DNA of 63,829 nt, counting the filler, from Octopus bimaculoides (lineage: Eukaryota), in assembly GCF_001194135.2 (NCBI RefSeq). It is 6 parts of 6 records of this genome, joined end to end, with 100 filler letters (N's around TTAATTAATTAA, not from the genome) between each part and the next. Parts side by side here need not be neighbours in the genome. Positions count along the whole stretch, not along the records: positions 50,733 to 62,726 come from NC_068981.1; positions 62,827 to 63,829 come from NW_026431732.1; 4 more parts are not named here. One strand, given 5' to 3'. Numbering within the stretch: the first letter of the stretch is position 1; each line of letters begins with the position of its first letter. The notes under the pieces are model-generated. The model was not told the origin of the DNA. It saw nothing but the letters and a program-made list of their open reading frames with translations, and did no database searches. Below, one piece after another: positions 54,822 to 63,829 of the stretch. The position numbers were made by a program, and so were the translations under genes.

Positions 54822-56862
54822 TAACACACCCACACATACCCACGCATATACACACACATACATGAAAGGGCGTGAACACATACACACATACATGCACACA
54901 TATGTGAAGTACACCTTCTCTGAAGAGCGGTTAGCAATATTTGAAATGGTTCACCAGGAGACTCGCTTCTCTATTTTCTTCGCCCATCGAAAACATAAAG
55001 GGGATTTTTTAACATTCTTATAATTTCCTGTTGCAGCTAGGCTTTCTAATATTGAAATGTACTTCAGGCCTTCTACGTTGTGTATAAAATGTATATAATC
55101 TAATTAATGAGTAACCGCCTAAAGGGCACAAATATGAAAATTAAGATAGTCATTAGAGTAATAGCTTCATTCTTGACTACTTTATATGGGTGCTAAATAC
55201 TCTTTGCTATTGATTAGGGAAGGAGATCAGATAAGTTTCCTCTGAGGAGTGTCAACAAATTGCAACAAATAGAAAAATGGTCCTCACATAGAGAGTATAG
55301 AAAGAATGTGTTTACATTTTTATAATTTCTTTCAAAGCTAGGTTTCCTAATAATATATTTATTCCACACACAAACAAGCGTGCGCGCACACACACACATA
55401 CACACACATGCACACATATTTAAAGATAGATTCTTTGCAATTGAATAGACAGAAAGTTGATAGAAAGAAAGTAACAGACGTGTCGTCTTTGAACGTAAAG
55501 AAAAAGAAATTCAAGTGAAAAAATAAGACTAAAAAGTCATTGAAAATACAAATATACCATAGAGGAGACAAATAGAGTATTGCAGAAAAGAGAGAAAGAG
55601 GGAGAATATCAGAAAGAGAGGGAGGGAAGATGGAGTGAAAGAGATACTGAGATGTTAAGAAATGAGAGTGTGAGAAGGACAGAGAGAGGAAGAGAGAGAA
55701 AAGGGCTGAGATGATAACGTGTGAGTGAATGAGTCAGGTGAAATGGCGATCAAATATCTTCAGGTAAATAGGGAAGAAATGAGTCTGTATTTGTGTGTGT
55801 ATGTGTATGTGTGTGCATGTTTGTGTGTGTGTGTGTGTATGTGTGTGTGTGTGTGTGTGTGTGTTTATATATACNNNNNNNNNNNNNNNNNNNNNNNNNN
55901 NNNNNNNNNNNNNNNNNNNNNNNNNNNNNNNNNNNNNNNNNNNNNNNNNNNNNNNNNNNNNNNNNNNNNNNNNNNNNNNNNNNNNNNNNNNNNNNNNNNN
56001 NNNNNNNNNNNNNNNNNNNNNNNNNNNNNNNNNNNNNNNNNNNNNNNNNNNNNNNNNNNNNNNNNNNNNNNNNNNNNNNNNNNNNNNNNNNNNNNNNNNN
56101 NNNNNNNNNNNNNNNNNNNNNNNNNNNNNNNNNNNNNNNNNNNNNNNNNNNNNNNNNNNNNNNNNNNNNNNNNNNNNNNNNNNNNNNNNNNNNNNNNNNN
56201 NNNNNNNNNNNNNNNNNNNNNNNNNNNNNNNNNNNNNNNNNNNNNNNNNNNNNNNNNNNNNNNNNNNNNNNNNNNNNNNNNNNNNNNNNNNNNNNNNNNN
56301 NNNNNNNNNNNNNNNNNNNNNNNNNNNNNNNNNNNNNNNNNNNNNNNNNNNNNNNNNNNNNNNNNNNNNNNNNNNNNNNNNNNNNNNNNNNNNNNNNNNN
56401 NNNNNNNNNNNNNNNNNNNNNNNNNNNNNNNNNNNNNNNNNNNNNNNNNNNNNNNNNNNNNNNNNNNNNNNNNNNNNNNNNNNNNNNNNNNNNNNNNNNN
56501 NNNNNNNNNNNNNNNNNNNNNNNNNNNNNNNNNNNNNNNNNNNNNNNNNNNNNNNNNNNNNNNNNNNNNNNNNNNNNNNNNNNNNNNNNNNNNNNNNNNN
56601 NNNNNNNNNNNNNNNNNNNNNNNNNNNNNNNNNNNNNNNNNNNNNNNNNNNNNNNNNNNNNNNNNNNNNNNNNNNNNNNNNNNNNNNNNNNNNNNNNNNN
56701 NNNNNNNNNNNNNNNNNNNNNNNNNNNNNNNNNNNNNNNNNNNNNNNNNNNNNNNNNNNNNNNNNNNNNNNNNNNNNGAGAACATTGTTTTTGTTTTGTT
56801 TTTTTGGGGTGAGGCTTTGGAGACAATGGAAGATGGATAAGCAGAGAGACAGACAGACAGGC

Positions 56863-56921
<59 letters not shown>

Positions 56922-57109
56922 AAGGTGGGTAGGGTAAAAGAGAGAGAGAGAAGGGTTATTCATTTTCCTATCCATCACTTTCATTGTATTGAAATGGTCT
57001 TTTTAAGGATTTTCAAATAAATAAATAAATAAATAAATAAATAAAGGTAAAAACTTGTTTACTACTTACACCATTGTTTTTTAGATGGTTTTCTAAGGAT
57101 GGTAAGAAA

Positions 57110-57630
57110 AGGAGGAAAATCAGAGTTTTCATCTTACGGAATAACAGACGCCAACCAAAAAATCCTAAAGAAAACACCTCACAAGGACAGAATTCAGATC
57201 AGAGACTAAATCAGAATTCGTAGTAAAAGAATGTGGAGATAGGAGATGTGGAACGTGTCACAATACCAACAACTTCAAATACATAGAAAGCGGTTCCCAC
57301 ATAAAGTTCAAGAGCGGATCTATTTTAAAAATAAATGCAGATATGAACTGTAAAACACAAAATCTCATATACTGCATTACCTGCCCAAACTGTAAAGAAA
57401 ATTACATCGGCGAAACGAATAATCCCTCTGCCAACGTGCAAGAATTCACAGGCAACATATTCGGCAAGAAGAACTAAGAATGATTCCATTGAGTAAACAT
57501 CTAGAAATATGCGGAGACGGAAAGTTCAAAATATTTCCCTTTTAGAAATGTACATGGGACGATCCACAATACCGAAAGGCAATGGAACCACACTTCATAA
57601 AAAGATTTTCTCCGAAGTTTAATGTTTGAA
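57110..57630 (+). mobile_element. Penelope-like element, zinc finger and GIY-YIG region
   Basis: CGDRRCGTC...MNCKTQNLIYCITCPNCKENYIGETN...RKAMEPHFIKRFSPKFN. Confidence 0.85.
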
Positions 57631-58172
57631 AGAGAAAAAAGAAAAGCAAAGAGTACGTTTTGTATGTATGTATATGTATATATGTGTGGGTATGACATGA
57701 TATATATATATATATAGTTATTTTTACTAATTGATTTTTCAAATTTACAAATATTATACTAATGTGTTCTCATGCAGAACTACACCTTACCAAAAATAAA
57801 TAAATAAATGTATGACAGGAATATATTCTGAATATGACTCAAAGAATATAAAAAGAAAGGACTAAAACAGAAAAGACAGGAAAACATTTTTTATATTTTA
57901 TTTATATTTTCTATTTCTTATTCTCTATTTTTTCTTCTTTCTTTTTCTTTTCTTTTCTTCCTTTTCTTACCATCCCTAGAAACCATCTCAAAACAATGGT
58001 GCAAGTAGTAAACAAGTTTTTACCTTTATTTATTTATTTTTTGACAACCTTAAAAAGGTCATTTCAATACAATGGATAGGAAAATGAATAGCCTTTTTCT
58101 CTCTCTTTTAGCCTACCCATCTATCTATCTATCTATCTNNNNNNNNNNNNNNNNNNNTCTATTTATCTATCC

Positions 58173-58263
<91 letters not shown>

Positions 58264-58319
58264 CATCTTCCATTGTCTCCAAAGCCTCACCCCAAAAAAG
58301 CAAAACAAAAACAATGTTT

Positions 58320-58890
58320 TTGGCCATATTCTTTTCTGTTGGAGGTTTTACTCCAAAGAGATATTTGCAAAGTGTTGTATTACTCTTGAATACTGTCCTG
58401 ATGTCATCTGGGCCACATATCTTTTGTATATTTTCGGAGAGGCCTTCCACATAGGGTAGACGGACTGTGGACAGTTTATTGGCCTCATCCTCTCCCCTCT
58501 TCATAACTGGAGTGGATAGTATACTTTTGGGATAGTTGTTGCTTAACATATTGTTATTGAGCTTGATCATTTCTTCGTGGTGTGTATCACGATAGCTACT
58601 TATATTCTTTGCACGATGTTTTAGGCACTGAGCAATCCCTCTCTTACACTATATGGATGGTTGGAATTGAAGTTGAGGTATCGTCCAGTAAAGGTCGGCT
58701 TGCGGTATACGGATGCCTGAATCCATACTTGGTGCGTGTTATTAATACGGCCAGCAATGCCAGCTGATTGTCTTTTTCCTTTTCCATTGTGAACTGTATG
58801 GATGACTTTATTGAGTTCACATGATCTAACAGCACTTGGACATCTTCCTGGTGGGGACAGAGTATAAAGGTGTCATCAACATATCGTAGG
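58320..58890 (-). mobile_element. Penelope-like element, RT and linker fragment
   Basis: LRYVDDTFI...LLDHVNSIKSSIQFTMEKEKDN and LPYVEGLSENIQKIC...IRTVFKSN. Confidence 0.88.
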
Positions 58891-59218
58891 AGGGTTTAGC
58901 TATGGGATTGCCATTATCACTGGTAATAGCCAATATATACACGGAATACTTTGAGAATTTGGGTTTAGCACCACTGGAAAATACGAAAACTAAAAGAAAC
59001 AGCACATATGCTAGGACACAACAACCTCCTAAGCAGACGGAGTGCAGATATGAGCAGCAAATGGAAACCGGTATTAAGGAAGGTTAGAAAAATATTAGAT
59101 TTATAAGCCCTAAAATTCACTCCATAATTGCCCACGGGCATATGGTTAAGTGGTTAAGAGCGCGGCTACTAACCCCAAGATTCCGAGTTCGATTCCAAGC
59201 AGCGACCTGTATAATAAT
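58890..59218 (+). mobile_element. Penelope-like fragments: RT motif, ORF C-terminus and start of the pLTR with tRNA-like head
   Basis: GLAMGLPLSLVIANIYTEYFENL; HWKIRKLKETAHMLGHNNLLSRRSADMSSKWKPVLRKVRKILDL* (stop at 59104-59106); tRNA-like head at 59136-59207. Confidence 0.8.
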
Positions 59219-59568
59219 CGGATGCAGTACCAGGCAGTGGATCTCATGGCTTCTGATCTTAATTAATTGGATGTGTTATCATGTACATTGTTTTGTCTTG
59301 GTATAAAACATGGGCTACAGCAAATATTCTGTTTAATACCACAGATTTGCTTGTCAGTTGTTTGACTTTAACCAGTTGAGCATGTCCCTTGGTGGATGAC
59401 GATATGTGAATCTCTGATCATGAGCAGAAGTAGTGGGGGAGCAACATAGCCATGTGTTGAGAGAAATTCTTTGGGGTTTGAATAATTCACCTTTAGAAAC
59501 ATGGATGTTTTGCTCAACTTCCTTATAGTTCTATATATTTCGTAAGAAAGAATAATGATACTATTTTC

Positions 59569-59601
<33 letters not shown>

Positions 59602-59605
59602 TTTA

Positions 59606-60709
59606 TCAGCTCATCCCATAAATAATGCGATTTTTTATACTTCTGTTATTTTTCAAAATCAAGATAAACAAAGTTCTTTCTTAATCTAAAATATGCTCTC
59701 CTTCATTTTCTATAACGCTCTTACATCTCTCTGGCAGACTTGCAAGGCTTCCGTTTCAAAATTTACTTGTCCGTGACGAAGAATATTCTTCCAGTACTGT
59801 TCTGACCTCGCCTACAGAATTCCAAATGATTTTGAAGACTGCGGAATAAATGATAATCAGATAGGACAATGTCCAGCGAATATGGTGCGTGGGACATCGT
59901 TTCTCATTCAAACTGCTCCAGTCTTTGGAATGTCATCCTCGCTGTATGTGGCCGAGTATTATCCTGATGGAACAACACCTTTCGTCTTGAAACTAAAGAC
60001 GATCGTTTTTCTTCTAGCGCTGACTTAAGCCACTCAAGCTGCTCGCAGTAGATTTCCTTTGTTATCGTTTGGTTTGTGTTTAAAATTTCAAAGTGGTCTA
60101 AACCTTTCATATCCCACCAAACAGATAACACCTTACGTAGGTGAAGACCTTCTTTAGCTTGGGGTGCCGGAAAGTTTGTGAGGAACCCATTGATCCAATT
60201 TTCTGACTTTTCCGATGGCACGCAGGTATCGATGAATTATTGAATGACCAAATCCAAGTTTCTCTGCTAGTCTCTCAACAGTTACGATGGGATTTTGTTC
60301 CACCAGGATTTGCAGGACGCCCTCGTCGAGCTCTAGAGATATTTCTGGATGAGGCCCGTCTTCTCGACTGTAATTTCGGCTCGGAATTTCTAGAAGCACC
60401 GTTGACACTGGCTTACGCTTATTGTCCGATCCCCATATACTACATTAATATTCCTCGCACTCTCCGTTACGTTGATGCCTTTATTGAACTCACAAAGCAA
60501 AATATGCCGAATATGCTCCTTCTATTATAGCTTTGAAAAAATAACTGCTAAAATCGTCCTGCACTCTTCAAAACTTGCACTAAGAATAAGGACAAGGTAG
60601 AATTACTACCTGCTTTTATAGCAAGTTGATGCAGATAGTCTATCTCCTCTCCCTTCTACTTTTAGTTCATGCAATTGAAAAAAACCGCATTATTTATGGG
60701 ATGACCCTA
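59606..60709 (-). mobile_element. Mariner transposon with both TIRs, internally decayed
   Basis: TIRs ..tcatcccataaataatgcg.ttttt / aaaaaccgcattatttatgggatgaccc|ta; transposase remnants VLSVWWDMKG, LFHQDNTRPH and PYSPDI..SDYHLF. Confidence 0.9.
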
Positions 60710-62565
60710 TATATATAACATGGTGTTTCTAGGACATTATTACCTCAGTATGTGTGACACATTGATTCCGTAAATCACACCAGGTCGTTTGACGGATTAT
60801 TTATCTGCTCATCTTGAGCTAACCTAGGGTTATACAGCAACAATAACAACAATACTTTCTTCATCTTCACCATCATGACAGAATCGGTAAAGATTCTATC
60901 AAAATCCCTACCACAGCGAGTAGTAGTTTCTACTTGGCTGCTCAACCTACAAGAAATATCAGCCAAATCTTTCTTCAATGACGTTTAAAGTAGGAAGACC
61001 ATGTTAGACAATGCGGTCTTTCTATTTTAAACGTGATTTACAAAAACATCGTTTGTTCCTGGTCGGAAAGTCTTTGATTATGTTTTCTGGAACTGGCCAG
61101 ACCTGGTAGTAAACAACTTCATTTCGCTGTAATCATTCTCCTCCATATCAAAATCATCTTCGTTGTCACCGTTCACCTCTTCATTTCTGTCCTTTTCCAT
61201 CTTTTCCAACTCTTCTTCTTCTTCTTCTTCTTCTTCTTCTTCTTCTTTCTTTCTTTTCTTCGTCTTCTTTCTTTTTTTTTCTTCTTCTTCTTCTTCTTCT
61301 TCTCATTCTACTTTTCCTCCTCCTCCTCCTTCTTCTCCTCCTCCTCCTCCTCCTCCCCTCCTTCTCCTCCTCCTCCTCCTCATCATCATCGTCATCATCA
61401 TCATCATCAACTTGTCTTCATCGTCCTCTTCTTCATCCTTTTCNNNNNNNNNNNNNNNNNNNNNNNNNNNNNNNNNNNNNNNNNNNNNNNNNNNNNNNNN
61501 NNNNNNNNNNNNNNNNNNNNNNNNNNNNNNNNNNNNNNNNNNNNNNNNNNNNNNNNNNNNNNNNNNNNNNNNNNNNNNNNNNNNNNNNNNNNNNNNNNNN
61601 NNNNNNNNNNNNNNNNNNNNNNNNNNNNNNNNNNNNNNNNNNNNNNNNNNNNNNNNNNNNNNNNNNNNNNNNNNNNNNNNNNNNNNNNNNNNNNNNNNNN
61701 NNNNNNNNNNNNNNNNNNNNNNNNNNNNNNNNNNNNNNNNNNNNNNNNNNNNNNNNNNNNNNNNNNNNNNNNNNNNNNNNNNNNNNNNNNNNNNNNNNNN
61801 NNNNNNNNNNNNNNNNNNNNNNNNNNNNNNNNNNNNNNNNNNNNNNNNNNNNNNNNNNNNNNNNNNNNNNNNNNNNNNNNNNNNNNNNNNNNNNNNNNNN
61901 NNNNNNNNNNNNNNNNNNNNNNNNNNNNNNNNNNNNNNNNNNNNNNNNNNNNNNNNNNNNNNNNNNNNNNNNNNNCCCTTCCCTTCTCCTTTTCATTATC
62001 ACTGTTTTATTTTGTCTATTCATTCATTCATTCATTTATTTATTTATTTACATTTCCATATTTCCCAGACACAAAATCTCAAATATTTTAAGGAAGATTA
62101 AAAGAGAAGTGTAATGTTTTTTTGCCATTTCCCATGAGCTTTGGTGACGCAAAGTGCCGTAAAATGGATTCAGACGTGAAAAGAAACTGTGGAGAAGACT
62201 CAGTTCCCAGACGACTTTCTATGGTACTCCACAATAATCCATCGTTATCACAATCGTAATCCATCGGTTTTTAACCTCCTCCTCCTCCGCCTCCTACGCC
62301 TCCTACGCCTACTTCCGCCTCATATCGTCACATCGTTATTGTACGCTAATAACCCTACTCTCACACTCACACTCATACTCACACTCACCCCTCTTCCCCT
62401 CGATGTCTCTTTCTCTCTTCTTCCTTATCAACACATACTCCGCACCGTTGTCATCATCGCTAGCTATCGTTGTTGCCGTTGTCGTCGTCGTCGCCGTCAT
62501 AATCATCATCATCATCATCATCATCATCAACATCATCATCACTCTGCATCTTCTTGTTCTTGTTC

Positions 62566-62597
<32 letters not shown>

Positions 62598-63092
62598 CTT
62601 CTTCTTCTTCTTCTTCTTCTTCTTCTTCTTCTTCTTCTTCTTCTTCTTCTTCTTCTTCTTCCTCCTCATCATCATCTGCACCGTTATAATCATTATCATC
62701 ATCATATCATCGTCATCACCACCATCNNNNNNNNNNNNNNNNNNNNNNNNNNNNNNNNNNNNNNNNNNNNTTAATTAATTAANNNNNNNNNNNNNNNNNN
62801 NNNNNNNNNNNNNNNNNNNNNNNNNNCAACACACACAAACACACGTTACACACGCATACACACATACACACACTCACACGTCAGAGTCACTTGCCACTAT
62901 CCACACATACACGCTTACACACTCACACACACCATTCTCACATACACCCATACGCACGCGCACCTCCTCTTGTTGAGATCACAAGCATTATTATTATCTC
63001 CCTTTCTTTCAATCTCTTTACTTCCAGTCATACTGGAGCGCTAAACTCTACACGTTTTTTTTTTCATTCTCTCCCCGTTTGTCTTCTTATTC

Positions 63093-63128
63093 CTTTCTGC
63101 TGAAGAGCGTAGGCTCGAAACGTAAAAG
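63093..63128 (+). ncRNA. Hammerhead-like motif with variant core CUGCUGA (family 2)
   Basis: CUUU-CUGCUGA-A-GAGC(GUAG)GCUC-GAAA-CG-UA-AAAG; same architecture as family 1. A partial second copy is at 63258-63287 and a degenerate copy at about 38436-38475. Confidence 0.6.
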
Positions 63129-63312
63129 ACTTTTCCATTTTTGCCGAGCGTCAAATATATACACTTGCTTGTTGTTCATAAACCTGTCTTCAGTCGCCAG
63201 GATCAACCGCTAAGTCCGCAAGTATTTTATTCTCTCTCTGTTTATTTCCTCCTGCTCCTTTCTGTTGAAGAGCGTAGACTCGAAACGGGAAATTTCGAAC
63301 CTGGGTTCTCAA

Positions 63313-63646
63313 TATACATATAGAACTGTATTATCTAATCGGTACGGAGCCGACATTAAACTTCAATGGAGACATATAGAAAAACTCCATCAAAACCTAG
63401 TTCGTCTTTCAAACTATCTAACTTTCCTGTGAAGATGTAGAGACTCAAAGCTAATCCCAGCTGGCTTGGCTATATAATGACACCAAGGAATGAGAACCCA
63501 GGTTCGAAATTTTCCCAAGACACCTGATGAAGGCTGGAAGGTATATCAGCCGAAACGTTGTGCTAATAATAAACAAGATGAGGACAAATATCCGTCAACT
63601 GTAAATAATGTAAATAATGTACATAATTCCTCATCTCTTAGATATA
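63313..63646 (+). mobile_element. Penelope-like element: ORF N-terminal fragment and pLTR with hammerhead
   Basis: 63331-63470 reads LSNRYGADIKLQWRHIEKLHQNLVRLSNYLTFL*RCRDSKLIPAGL (FL.RC...LIP.GL, typical of PLE N-termini); the pLTR at 63485-63646 ends in the same atatagaactgta that precedes this fragment. Confidence 0.75.
63519..63564 (+). ncRNA. Minimal type I hammerhead ribozyme motif (family 1)
   Basis: GACAC-CUGAUGA-A-GGCUG(gaagguauau)CAGCC-GAAA-CG-UU-GUGCU; predicted cleavage after 63559. Confidence 0.8.
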
Positions 63647-63829
63647 GAACTGTACTACAAAATATAAATATCCACACTACCACGCTCGAAACGTACCTGT
63701 TATAACTCTTTATCTTGATTTGAATGGACGTGAAGGTATTTAGAAGGCCCAAACTTATTTCTGCAAATGTGCAAAGCACTGATGCTGACTATAGTTTAAT
63801 AAATAAGCATAGGAGCGAAGTAAATGAAG

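Noticed and set aside
59136-59207. Functional tRNA gene
   Set aside because: The acceptor and T stems do not pair well and the sequence is embedded in a repeated retroelement unit; it is treated as a tRNA-derived head.
61085-61200. Acidic minus-strand reading frame EKDRNEEVNGDNEDDFDMEENDYSEMKLFTTRSG
   Set aside because: Short, low-complexity, adjacent to (CTT)n, with no recognisable splice sites or family.

Overview
Animal genomic DNA, most likely octopus/cephalopod (inferred from the AT-rich, microsatellite-dense sequence and tRNA-derived SINE families). The window is a mosaic of six pieces joined by five identical 100-nt spacers (44 N + TTAATTAATTAA + 44 N), so adjacency across spacers is not evidence of linkage. 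Two host genes are partly present. Five minus-strand FN3-domain exons of a contactin-like gene lie at 1033-14384, and seven plus-strand exons of cytoplasmic arginyl-tRNA synthetase lie at 39249-49820; the latter lacks its first exon and is cut off at a spacer. The rest is transposon debris: Tx1/L1, RTE, Dong/R4, CR1-like and Penelope-like retroelements, mariners, MITE-like foldbacks, SINEs, and a 5S-headed SINE-like chimera. The most interesting signal is a Penelope-like element pieced together from several loci. Its pseudo-LTR appears to contain a tRNA-Arg-like Pol III head, an (AAT)n spacer and a minimal hammerhead ribozyme that the ORF reads through. A TSD-flanked non-autonomous foldback copy and a second hammerhead family with a non-canonical core are also present. 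All calls are by eye, without database searches or folding software.
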